Source of the DNA: Myxococcota bacterium
Lineage (GTDB): Bacteria; Myxococcota_A; UBA796; UBA2385
Length of the DNA stretch: 64,000 nucleotides
Assembly: GCA_044344255.1 (NCBI GenBank)
Contig: JBIJDH010000011.1
Span: forward strand, 32,001-96,000
Direction of reading: 5' to 3'
Shown: positions 36,624-45,801 of the stretch, one piece after another
Numbering within the stretch: the stretch's first letter is position 1
How the letters are laid out: each line of letters opens with the position of its first letter
Position numbers and translations under genes: made by a program
Notes under the pieces: model-generated
What the model saw: the letters and a program-made list of their open reading frames with translations, nothing else
Told to the model about the DNA's origin: nothing
Database searches by the model: none

Positions 36624-39600
36624 ATCGCCGAAGAAGTCGGTGACGGTGGCGAGGCCGCCGCTGAAGCCGCCCTCGGCCTTCTTGGCCTCCATGTAGTCGT
36701 CGACCTGCTTGCGGAGCTGCTGGACGACGTCCCACATCCACGAGCCGGCGCCCGAGATCTTGTCGGAGAGGTAGGTCAGCCCGCGCATGCCGTAGACGCC
36801 GACGAGGCGCACGCCGTCCACCGCGTCGAGCTGGAGATCGGTGCTCACCCCGGCGCCGAGGCCGACGGTGCCCGAGAGCTCACCCGAGACGTTGATCTTG
36901 CCGCCCGACAGCCCGAAGCCGAAGGAGGCGTCGCCGCCGATGCCCGCCGAGCCGGTGACCCCCGCCCGCGCGTCGACGATCTTGCTTGCGCCCGAGCCGA
37001 TCACGGTCGAGGAGAACTTCGGCCAGAAGTCTTCGGGGAGCTTGTCGATGAGCCAGTCGTCCACCGAGCCCGGGATCGACTTGGCGAACTTGATGATGTC
37101 CTGGCTGTAGTCCGGGCGGCGCTTCCACTGCAGGGCCGCCCCGATCTCCACGCCGGCCTTGGCGCCCGCGAAGGCGTGCCCGCCGCCCTTCACCGTCGCG
37201 CCGAGCGTGTCTTTCCCCTTCGAGATGTCGAGGTCGATCTTGCCGTTCGCCTCGGCCAACACCGCCGCGCTCACGCCCGCAGACAAGTTGACGTTGAAGT
37301 CTTCACCGAACATCGACCAGCCGAAGACCGGCGCCTCGATCTTGGCGTTGCCCTCCACCAGCGAGACCTTGGCGCCCGCCGTGCCGCCGACCTTGATCTG
37401 GTCTTTGGTGATGAGCGCCTTGCCCTCAGCCTGGGCCTCGGCGTTGCCCACCTTGTAGCCAGCGCTCATCGTGGTCCCGGCCGCGGTCTTCTTCGCGATC
37501 TCCTGGCCGTAGAGGGTCGCGTTGGCCTTGGCGTTGGCGGTGGCCACGGTGTTGCCGTCGGCGTCCTTCTTCACCCCCGCGCCCACCGTGGTGCTCACCG
37601 CGTTCTTCGTCGTCGTGAGGGTGGTGTCCCCCTTCGTGCCAAGGGCCTCCACCTTCTTCTGGCCGAGGTGGTCCTTCGTCTGGGTGACGCCGAGCCCCGT
37701 CTTCTTGTCGTAGCCGGCGGTGGTGGCGCGGCTGTCGCTCGAGGTGGTGGTGACGTTGCCCGCCACGGTGGCGTCCACGTGCTCCACCTTGTGGGTGAGG
37801 CCCACGGTCGCGCCGGTGCCCTGGGCGTAGGCGCCGGTGCCCTTGGTGGAGCTGGAGTCGGTGAGGGTGCGCACCGAGCCGTCCCCACCGGTGGTGACCG
37901 CGGCGGTCTTGCTCTCCCGGCCGAGGCCGAGGCTGACGCTGCCCGAATTGGTGCCCACGCCGTCGGCGCCCTTGTTGTGGGCGCCCGAGAGGCTGAGATC
38001 GGCCCGGTCGGCCGTGGTCGCGGTGGTGACGGTGTCGCCCGTGGTGGTGACGGCCTCGGTGCTCCGCCCGCCGCCGAGGGTGAGCTTGCCGTCTGCGCCA
38101 CGACCTTCGGTGACGCTGCCCGAGCCCTTGAGGTCGAGGCCGCTCGTCGTCTTGTGGCGGGTGTCGCCGTCCGTCCAGACCGACTCGTTGGACAGGCCGC
38201 CGCCCACCTCAACCCCGCCCGTCCGGCGCAGCACACCGTCCGCGTCACGGGAGTAACCGCCCGTTACACTTCCATTTCCATTGATCGAGCTCTTGTTCGT
38301 GCGGCCGTCGACCACCTCGGTGCTGCTCCGGCTGCCCTCGAGCCCGTAGCGAGCCTTGAGCGCCTCCTGCCGCTGGTCGCCGTCAAGGGTCTGGCTGACC
38401 CCGAGGCCGACGGTCTGGCTGAGGGCGCTCTCGACGGAGCCCGTCTCGGTCTCCTCTCGACGGCTGTGGCCAAAACGAAGGTCAGCGTCGGCGCCGTTGG
38501 TCTGGACGAGCTTGCCGTCCCGACCGACCACGCTCGTCTTCAGGCCGAGGCCGCCCGTGACGCTCCGCTCGTCGTGCAGGCCTTCGCGGTCGGTGACCGT
38601 CGTCACCCCGTGCTTGACCCCGTAGCTGCCGTCTACCTGCCCCGAGAGGGCCCCATCGACCCCGCGCTCGAGCCGGCCCGAGAGGGCGCCCTTCCGTTGG
38701 TCTTCGGCGCGCTCCTTGCTGTCCGCCGAGAGCCTCCGCTCGGTGACGAGCCCGGCCTGGCTCTCGAGGCCGGCCGAGCCCCGGAGGACGGTGCCGGCGG
38801 CGCTGTTCTGGACCCCGCCCGACGCCTTGGCCGAGCTCGCGTCGGTCTCGGTGCGGGTGGAGCCGTCGGCCCCGGTCGAGCTCCGGCGGTGGCTGTCCGC
38901 GGCGCTGAGCTCAGCCGTCCCGGAGCGGATCCACTCCCCGCCCTCATAGGAGGCCCCTCCGCTCAGCTTGGCTGCCCCCTGGCGGGTGTCCTCGGCCGTG
39001 ACGCCGTCGATCACCGTGCGGGTGCTCTGCTCCCCGCCGACGCCGAAGCGCCCGCTCAGCGAGCCCGTCTTCTCGCCGCTCTGCTCCCCGCCGTGGGTGC
39101 GCGAGAGCGCCGCGTCGAGGCCGCCGTCGGTGTTCCAGCTCGTCTTCTGCGTGCCGCCCGTGATCTTGGCCAGCTCACTGTGGCGGCTGGATCCGTCGAG
39201 CGCGAGGCCGCCCGTGGCCAACAGGGCGCCGGAGGCGTCGCGGCTGAGCCCGCCGGTGAGCTCGCTGCCCAGCGCCAGATCGACGTCTCGGGTGACGCCG
39301 CCCTCCTCGGAGTGATCGCTGCGGGCGGTGGACAGGCCCACGCCGCCGTCCACGCCCCCGCTGAGCGTGCCATCCGCGCCGCGCACGATCGAGCTCGCGA
39401 CGCTGCCCTTGGCGCCGTGGGTCGTGCTGCGCTGGTGGCCTCCGCTCACGGTGTCGGTGGTCTGGCTCCAGTCCACCAGCCCGCCGAGGCTGCCCTTGCC
39501 GCTGCTCTGCCCCCCCTTCCGGAGGAAGTCGAGGTTGGCCGCGCCCTTGGTGAGGAGGCTCGTGTTTCGTTCACCGTCCTCGAGGGCCTCGGCGATCGAG

Positions 39601-40334
39601 CGGCTGCGCTCCCCGCTGAGGGCGCCCGAGAGCGAGCCGTTCGTCTGACCCTGGCTGGAGTCCAGGGCCCCCTTCAGCTTGCCCTCCCGGAGCGCCGTGT
39701 CTGTCGTGCTGCTGGTCTCCGTGTCCGTCTTCGTCGTCGTGGCGTCCTTGCCCGTCCAGAGGCCGTTGAGCCCCCAGGCGTTCTGTCCACCTGTACGATC
39801 AAAGCGACCATCCAGGCTGCCCGTCTGTAGGGCGCGGCGCTCCCGCTCCCCACCATCGGCCGTGACGCTCGACTCCGTGCGCTTCCCCGAGCTGCTGAGC
39901 GAGCCCACGAGGCCCGTCGTGAGACCGCCATCCGCCGCGGTGAGGGTGCCGCTGAGGCTGCCCTTTCGATCGCGCTGCTCGGTGAAGGTGCCCCCGTCGA
40001 TCGCGCCGGAGCGGCTGGCTGCCTCGGTCCCCTTGGCCTCCGCCTTCAGGCTGCCGCCCTTCGCCGCATCACCGCCCGCCTCGCCGCCCGTCCCGCCGCG
40101 GAGCAGGTCGAACAACAACCACGGCGAACGGAGCAGGTCTCCCCCCAGGTCGAAGTCGAACGCTCGCTTCTGGTCCCACGGCGCGAGGCCCTGCTCCGCC
40201 GCAAGCTTGGCGAGCCGCGCCTGATTTCCCCTCGCTTGACCTCCACCGCCGGCGAACGCGGCGGGCGCCTGATCGGGGCTCAGGAGCGCTTGTTCAGGAC
40301 GTCGCCGAGAGGAGGCAGCGGAATGGGCGGGCAA
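36603..40334 (-). CDS. Large (1243 aa) Gly/Thr/Ser-rich beta-repeat protein of unknown function, effector-like
   Basis: Long ORF with coding-like GC3; N-terminal RGNQA; degenerate ~45-aa repeats; AGAKAGVEIG-type C-terminal region; no signal peptide. Confidence 0.75.
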   Translation of the reverse strand: MPAHSAASSRRRPEQALLSPDQAPAAFAGGGGQARGNQARLAKLAAEQGLAPWDQKRAFDFDLGGDLLRSPWLLFDLLRGGTGGEAGGDAAKGGSLKAEAKGTEAASRSGAIDGGTFTEQRDRKGSLSGTLTAADGGLTTGLVGSLSSSGKRTESSVTADGGERERRALQTGSLDGRFDRTGGQNAWGLNGLWTGKDATTTKTDTETSSTTDTALREGKLKGALDSSQGQTNGSLSGALSGERSRSIAEALEDGERNTSLLTKGAANLDFLRKGGQSSGKGSLGGLVDWSQTTDTVSGGHQRSTTHGAKGSVASSIVRGADGTLSGGVDGGVGLSTARSDHSEEGGVTRDVDLALGSELTGGLSRDASGALLATGGLALDGSSRHSELAKITGGTQKTSWNTDGGLDAALSRTHGGEQSGEKTGSLSGRFGVGGEQSTRTVIDGVTAEDTRQGAAKLSGGASYEGGEWIRSGTAELSAADSHRRSSTGADGSTRTETDASSAKASGGVQNSAAGTVLRGSAGLESQAGLVTERRLSADSKERAEDQRKGALSGRLERGVDGALSGQVDGSYGVKHGVTTVTDREGLHDERSVTGGLGLKTSVVGRDGKLVQTNGADADLRFGHSRREETETGSVESALSQTVGLGVSQTLDGDQRQEALKARYGLEGSRSSTEVVDGRTNKSSINGNGSVTGGYSRDADGVLRRTGGVEVGGGLSNESVWTDGDTRHKTTSGLDLKGSGSVTEGRGADGKLTLGGGRSTEAVTTTGDTVTTATTADRADLSLSGAHNKGADGVGTNSGSVSLGLGRESKTAAVTTGGDGSVRTLTDSSSTKGTGAYAQGTGATVGLTHKVEHVDATVAGNVTTTSSDSRATTAGYDKKTGLGVTQTKDHLGQKKVEALGTKGDTTLTTTKNAVSTTVGAGVKKDADGNTVATANAKANATLYGQEIAKKTAAGTTMSAGYKVGNAEAQAEGKALITKDQIKVGGTAGAKVSLVEGNAKIEAPVFGWSMFGEDFNVNLSAGVSAAVLAEANGKIDLDISKGKDTLGATVKGGGHAFAGAKAGVEIGAALQWKRRPDYSQDIIKFAKSIPGSVDDWLIDKLPEDFWPKFSSTVIGSGASKIVDARAGVTGSAGIGGDASFGFGLSGGKINVSGELSGTVGLGAGVSTDLQLDAVDGVRLVGVYGMRGLTYLSDKISGAGSWMWDVVQQLRKQVDDYMEAKKAEGGFSGGLATVTDFFGDKVFNLW

Positions 40335-40364
40335 GGGGCACCCCGGGTGCGATTTTGCCGGGCC

Positions 40365-40394
40365 ATCATAGCACTGGCGAAGCGGAGCCGTCAG
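40365..40394 (-). promoter_or_regulatory. Possible sigma70-type promoter (extended -10) for the large protein
   Basis: Minus strand CTGACG, 18 nt spacer, TATGAT preceded by TGC; 30 nt before the TTG start. Confidence 0.35.
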
Positions 40395-40418
40395 CGCCCA
40401 GGCGCGATCGAAGCCCCC

Positions 40419-41906
40419 TCAGGCCGAGCCTCGGTCGCCCCTCTCCCCGCCCGGCAGACCTCGCGCCGCCTCTTCGGCGGACCGCGTCCGGGACACACCG
40501 TCCCGAAAGGCCCGCCCAACCCTTGTCTGGTCCTCGATCATCGCCAGCTTTGGCCAGGTCGAGCGCTCCCCGGAGCGGATGAAGGCGGCGAGGTCGTCGC
40601 GGCTCGGGTTGACCACGATCTTGCGCATCAGCGAGAGGTCGAAGTCGGGGTGGATGTCGATGTCGCCGTGGTAGTCTTGCACCATGAGGGCGTGCACCCG
40701 ATCGGCGACCTGACGGAGCGGCCCCGTGCTCGGCCGCACCGCTCGGCGGGCGAGGTCTGCCGCCCAGGCCCCCTGGCTCCGCGCCGACGTGCTGACGATC
40801 GCCGCCACCGCCGGCTGGATGCCCCGCTGCCCTCGGTGGCGCGCGAAGGGCACCACGTGAGGGTTTGTCTGGCTGACGATGAAGTGGTTCACGTTGTGCA
40901 GACGGGCGAGGCGCAGCTTGGGCAGATCCTCGTAGATCGACCCGTCCACCCACCGTTCAGATGGAACATACGGCACGATTCGACCCGAAGGGTCGCGGGC
41001 CTCGAGCACCACGGGCGGGAAGAGGCCCGGCAGGGCGCTCGAGGCGAGGGCCGCCCGCGCGACCAGCACGTCTGGCGCCGTCAGGTGGGTGAGCACCCGC
41101 GGCTTCTGGCGGGTGCGCGTGGGGGAGACAGCGATGTTCAGCGCGCGACCGCTGTGCGCGAAGGCCTCGGCGAAGGTTCGGTCACCGATGTTGTGGCGGA
41201 GGACGGCGCCGAGCTGCTCGGGGTCGAGCCACGCCCGCTCGCTCCAGGAGGCGCGCAGGCCCACGGGCTTCAGGCCGTCGAGGCGCATCTGGTCCGGGTT
41301 GGCGAAGAGATCGCGCAGCTCCGTGTCGTCGCGGGTGCACACCCCACCCGCGATCATGGCACCCGTGCTCGCTCCGGAGAGGATGTCGGGCAGGAGGCCA
41401 TGCTCGAAGAGGGCCTTGACCACGCCGAGGTGGTGAAACCCCCAGGTCGCGCCGCCCGACAGCATGAGCGCCGACCGCCCGAAGACCCGCCACGCCGCCT
41501 CGAAGCGGGCCCGCTTGTCTCGCGGACCGACGCCCGGCAGGGGGGTGACCGCCAGCCACCGCAAGCTGGCCTCGACCTCATCGAGGTACTGCACGAGGAG
41601 CCGCTTCGTGCCACCGAGGGCCACGGCGTAGAGCTCGGGGGCGGCGATGTCGGAGAGGTGTCGGTACAGGCTCTCGGTGAGCAGCGCGACGAGGCGGAGC
41701 CCCTCTCCCGACTCGCGGAGCGCGCGGAGGGCGGCGGTCTCGGAGCGTAAGAGGACCGCGTCGTAGTAGGGGCTCTCGTCGTCCTCCTGCCACTCGGCAG
41801 CTCCGGTGAGGGTGTCTACGGCCTGGGCCGCGGCGCGCCACTCTGCGGCGCTCTCCGCGGCGTCGAGGGCCGACCAGGCCTCTCGGAGCGCCCCCGAGCG
41901 GCTCAT
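40419..41906 (-). CDS. Patatin-like phospholipase with DUF3336 (triacylglycerol lipase-like)
   Basis: EW..AA...D N-terminus; LSGGATWGFHHLGV, GASTG, WVDGS, VNHFIVSQTNPH. Confidence 0.9.
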   Translation of the reverse strand: MSRSGALREAWSALDAAESAAEWRAAAQAVDTLTGAAEWQEDDESPYYDAVLLRSETAALRALRESGEGLRLVALLTESLYRHLSDIAAPELYAVALGGTKRLLVQYLDEVEASLRWLAVTPLPGVGPRDKRARFEAAWRVFGRSALMLSGGATWGFHHLGVVKALFEHGLLPDILSGASTGAMIAGGVCTRDDTELRDLFANPDQMRLDGLKPVGLRASWSERAWLDPEQLGAVLRHNIGDRTFAEAFAHSGRALNIAVSPTRTRQKPRVLTHLTAPDVLVARAALASSALPGLFPPVVLEARDPSGRIVPYVPSERWVDGSIYEDLPKLRLARLHNVNHFIVSQTNPHVVPFARHRGQRGIQPAVAAIVSTSARSQGAWAADLARRAVRPSTGPLRQVADRVHALMVQDYHGDIDIHPDFDLSLMRKIVVNPSRDDLAAFIRSGERSTWPKLAMIEDQTRVGRAFRDGVSRTRSAEEAARGLPGGERGDRGSA

Positions 41907-42120
41907 CTCCTCCTCCGTACCGCCCGCCGGCCCGCGGGAGCGGCGACCGGAGGCAAGGGTGCGGAGCGGCGGCTGCGGCGCGGCATGGGGCTACCTCACA
42001 CGGCGAGCGGCGCGTGTCGCGCCCCGATCGCCTCTCCCCCGAAAGGGCATCCTTGAAAAGATGATCCCCACGGCGGGGATCGCCCGTGCGTTGTTGTAAA
42101 CTTCTCGTGACGAGGTTCAC

Positions 42121-45100
42121 ATGCGCCCGACGCGGATCACATCCCTGCTGAATTCCCTGCTCACCCCGCTCGCCTCTGCCCGGCTCACGCCCCTGCTGAT
42201 GGCGCTCTCGCTGAGCTGCACGACGGGCGACAAGGCCGCCGAAGACACCTCGAACATCGCGCCTTCCGCCGAAGACCTCGACCGCGACGGCTACTTCTCC
42301 GACGAAGACTGCAACGACGCCGACTCCGCCATCAACCCGGGGGCGGCCGAGATCTGCGACGGCGTCGACAACAACTGCGACCTCCAGGTGGATGAGGGCG
42401 CCACCGCCACTTGGTACGCCGACACCGACGGCGACGGATTCGGCGACGTCGAGAGCTCGACGGAGGCCTGCGAGGCGCCCGAGGGCTACTCCAACAACGC
42501 CTCTGACTGCGACGACCAGAACGCCGACGCCTACCCCGGCGCCATCGACGTCTGCGACGGCGTCGACAACAACTGCGACGGCTCCACCGACGAAGACGAG
42601 GCGCTCACCTGGTACGCCGACGCCGACGGCGACACCTGGGGTGACGCCGCGATCACCACCACCGCCTGTGAGGAGCCCGTCGGGTACACCGCCGTCTCCG
42701 GCGACTGCGACGACAGCACCGCCGAGGCCTGGCCCGGCCACGCCGAGGTCTGCGACGAGATCGACAACGACTGCGACGGCGACATCGACGAAGACGTCAA
42801 GTCGGTCTTCTATGAGGACCGCGACAGCGATGGCTGGGGCGACCTCGCCGAGATCGCCGAGGCCTGCGTGGCCCCCACCGGCTACTCCCCCGACGGTGGC
42901 GACTGCGACGACGACGACGCGGCCTTCCACCCCTACGCCCCTGAGGCGGACTGCACCGATCCGAACGACTACAACTGCGACGGGTCGGTGGGCTACGCCG
43001 ACGACGACGCCGACGGCTGGGCCGCCTGCGAGGACTGCGACGACAGCCTCGCCCTCGTCAACCCCGACGGCCTCGAGATCTGCAACGACATCGACGACGA
43101 CTGCGACGGCCTCTTTGACGATGACGACAGTGACATCGACCTCAGCACCGGCAGCACCTGGTACGAGGACTCCGACTCCGACGCCTACGGCGACCTCGGC
43201 TCCCCCACCCTCTCCTGCGATCAGCCCACCGGCTTCGTCACCGACTCCACCGACTGCGACGACGACGACGGGCACGTCCACCCCGCCGCCTCCGAGGTCT
43301 GTAACGGCGTCGATGACGACTGCGACACGCTGATCGACGACGCCGACAGCACGGTTGACCTCAGCACCGGAACCACCTGGTACGGCGACGGCGACACCGA
43401 CGGCTACGGCGCCGCCTCCAAGCCCCTCGACGCCTGCCTGATGCCCACCGGCTACGTCGCCAACGACGACGACTGCAACGACGGCGCCGTGGCGATCAAC
43501 CCGGCGGCGCTCGAGATCTGCGACTCGATCGACAACGACTGCGACGCGCTCATCGACGACGCCGACCCCTCCCTCTCCAGCTCCACCGGCAGCACCTGGT
43601 ACGCCGACGCCGACACCGACGGCTACGGCTCGGCCAGCAGCACCACGATGGCCTGCCTGCAGCCCACCGGGTACACGACCGACAAGCGGGACTGCGACGA
43701 CACGAACATCGCGATCAACCCCGCGGCCACCGAGATCTGCGACGATCTGGACAACGACTGCGACAGCAAGATCGACGACGCAGACCCGAACCTCGACACC
43801 ACCACCGGCAGCACCTGGTACCGCGACGCAGACTCTGACGCCTTCGGCTCGGCCTCCACCACCAAGCTCGCCTGTGACCAGCCCACCGGCTACCTCACCG
43901 ACGCGACGGACTGTAACGACGGTGTGTCGGCCATCAACCCGGCGGCCGCCGAGATCTGCGACAGCCTCGACAACGACTGCGACACGCTGATCGACGACGC
44001 AGACTCGAGCGTGGACCTCACGACCGCCGGCACCTGGTACCGCGACGCCGACGGTGACCTCTACGGCAACGCCAGCAGCACCACCAAGGCCTGCACGGTG
44101 CCCTCCGGCTACCTCTCGACCAGCGGGGACTGTGACGACACCAAGGCGGCGATCAACCCGGCGGCCTCCGAGATCTGCGACAGCCTCGACAACGACTGCG
44201 ACAGCAAGATCGACGACGCCGACAGCTCGCTCGACGCCAGCACCGGCTCCACCTGGTACCGCGACGCCGACGGCGACCACTACGGCAGCTCGAGCAGCAC
44301 GAAGCAGGCTTGCCTGCTCCCCTCCGGCTACCTCTCTACGGCCGGCGACTGCGACGACACCAAGGTAGCGATCAACCCCGCCGCCACCGAGGTCTGTGAC
44401 AGCCTCGACAACGACTGCGACAGCAAGATTGACGACGCCGACACCTCGCTCGACACCAGCACCGCCACCAAGTGGTACGAAGACAAGGACACAGACGGCT
44501 ACGGCATCACCTCGGTCTACACCTACGCCTGCACCGTCCCCTCCGGCTACACGAGCGTCATCACCGACTGTGACGACACCGACTCCACGATCAGCCCGGC
44601 CGACGCCGAGTACTGCGACGGCGTGGACAACGACTGTGACGGCGCCATCGACGAAGCCGACGCGGTGGACTACCCCTGCACCACGGTCATCGAGGACTTC
44701 GAGTCCGGCTGGCCCCGCACCGGCTGGACCACCGTGGGCGGCTGGGGCAGCCTGTCCACCACCCGCTACGAGGGCTCGTACGCGGCGCTGAACCCCGACT
44801 GGAGCTACTACACCGGCGCCAAGATCGCGATCGGCGACACCGTCGGCATGTGGATCCGCGGCGGCTCGGGGCGCGCTTACCTCGGCTTCGACTCCTCGAG
44901 CTCGGGCACCAAGAGCTTCGTGGTGGCCTACAACACCGGCGATATCCGCTTCCAGAACAACGCGAGCTGGAGCTACTCGGAGCTCAACACCACATCGATG
45001 TCCATCCCCACCGGTCAGTGGCTCTACATGGCGGTGACGCTCAACTCGACCACGAGCGCCACCGGCCGGCTCTACAACAGCTCGGGCACGCTGCTCGGCT

Positions 45101-45195
45101 CGGTGAGCCAGACCTACAGCAGCATCAGCGGCACCGGCTACGTCGCGATCCGCAGCTTCAGCACGATCTACATCGACTACATCGACAGCTACTGA
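42121..45195 (+). CDS. Large lipoprotein with ~12 MopE-type putative metal-binding repeats and a C-terminal beta-sandwich (LamG/ConA-like) domain
   Basis: LSLSC lipobox; INPAAxEICDxxDNDCD and WYxDADxDGYG repeats, later units with an ~80-aa period; aromatic/Ser-rich tail (IEDFESG...TGQWLYMAV). Confidence 0.85.
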   Translation: MRPTRITSLLNSLLTPLASARLTPLLMALSLSCTTGDKAAEDTSNIAPSAEDLDRDGYFSDEDCNDADSAINPGAAEICDGVDNNCDLQVDEGATATWYADTDGDGFGDVESSTEACEAPEGYSNNASDCDDQNADAYPGAIDVCDGVDNNCDGSTDEDEALTWYADADGDTWGDAAITTTACEEPVGYTAVSGDCDDSTAEAWPGHAEVCDEIDNDCDGDIDEDVKSVFYEDRDSDGWGDLAEIAEACVAPTGYSPDGGDCDDDDAAFHPYAPEADCTDPNDYNCDGSVGYADDDADGWAACEDCDDSLALVNPDGLEICNDIDDDCDGLFDDDDSDIDLSTGSTWYEDSDSDAYGDLGSPTLSCDQPTGFVTDSTDCDDDDGHVHPAASEVCNGVDDDCDTLIDDADSTVDLSTGTTWYGDGDTDGYGAASKPLDACLMPTGYVANDDDCNDGAVAINPAALEICDSIDNDCDALIDDADPSLSSSTGSTWYADADTDGYGSASSTTMACLQPTGYTTDKRDCDDTNIAINPAATEICDDLDNDCDSKIDDADPNLDTTTGSTWYRDADSDAFGSASTTKLACDQPTGYLTDATDCNDGVSAINPAAAEICDSLDNDCDTLIDDADSSVDLTTAGTWYRDADGDLYGNASSTTKACTVPSGYLSTSGDCDDTKAAINPAASEICDSLDNDCDSKIDDADSSLDASTGSTWYRDADGDHYGSSSSTKQACLLPSGYLSTAGDCDDTKVAINPAATEVCDSLDNDCDSKIDDADTSLDTSTATKWYEDKDTDGYGITSVYTYACTVPSGYTSVITDCDDTDSTISPADAEYCDGVDNDCDGAIDEADAVDYPCTTVIEDFESGWPRTGWTTVGGWGSLSTTRYEGSYAALNPDWSYYTGAKIAIGDTVGMWIRGGSGRAYLGFDSSSSGTKSFVVAYNTGDIRFQNNASWSYSELNTTSMSIPTGQWLYMAVTLNSTTSATGRLYNSSGTLLGSVSQTYSSISGTGYVAIRSFSTIYIDYIDSY

Positions 45196-45250
45196 GCACT
45201 CGGGGGCGCGGCACGGGGGCCCAGCCCCTGCGCCGCGGCCGCTCCGGGGC

Positions 45251-45676
45251 TCAGTTGTCCTTGACCTGGACGCCCTTGATCACCGTGTCGGAAGATGCCT
45301 TGGCGCTGATCTTCCCCGCGGCGTCAAAGGTGATGTCCTTGCCCTTGATGAGGATGCTGCCGTCCTTGCGCATCGTGATGCTGGCGTCCCCGGTCTGGAG
45401 CACGAGCTCGTCCCCTGCGTTGACCACGACGTGCTTGCCGGCCACGACCTTGAGGTCCTTCTCGGCGCTGACCGAGACCACCTCCGCGGAGACCGCGGCG
45501 AGCTTCGTGGCCCGCAGCTCGGCCTGCTCGGCCTGCGCCCCCGCCTCGGCCTCACGGACGACAGCAGGGAGGCAGAGCCCGAGGACCAGGCCGCCGAGGC
45601 CGATGAGCAGCCGCGGGAGGCCCTCCCCCCTCCGGAGGGCGCGAGCGGGCGAAACGGTGGGGGGGAGCTCGGTCAT
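45251..45676 (-). CDS. Small protein: N-terminal TM/signal + VgrG/gp5 C-terminal beta-spike-like segment
   Basis: LLIGLGGLVLGLCLPAVV, then AGDELVLQTGDASITMRKDGSILIKGKDITFDAAGKISAKASSDTVIKGVQVKDN. Confidence 0.7.
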   Translation of the reverse strand: MTELPPTVSPARALRRGEGLPRLLIGLGGLVLGLCLPAVVREAEAGAQAEQAELRATKLAAVSAEVVSVSAEKDLKVVAGKHVVVNAGDELVLQTGDASITMRKDGSILIKGKDITFDAAGKISAKASSDTVIKGVQVKDN

Positions 45677-45801
45677 GAAGGCCCTCGCGGGGGGTGGTGC
45701 ACGGCGGTGGGGAGGCGGTCGAAGCGCGGCCGCGCCGCGGTCGGGGCGGCGATGCCCCCCTCCGCGCGGCGCCCTGCTGTATCCTGGGCCCAGGAGTGAA
45801 C

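Noticed and set aside
34119..39830. 1903-aa plus-strand ORF and other very long antisense ORFs (e.g. 27482-30541, 22500-25631, 41578-44280, 47451-50582)
   Set aside because: Shadow frames of GC-rich genes. They have no motifs, and the opposite strand carries recognisable proteins.
42075..42090. GG-N10-GC sigma54-like element before the MopE-repeat gene
   Set aside because: Poor match at -24 (GGGGATC); too likely by chance in GC-rich DNA.
45251..45676. Evidence of a T6SS or prophage locus
   Set aside because: No sheath, tube, baseplate, capsid or integrase genes anywhere in the window.
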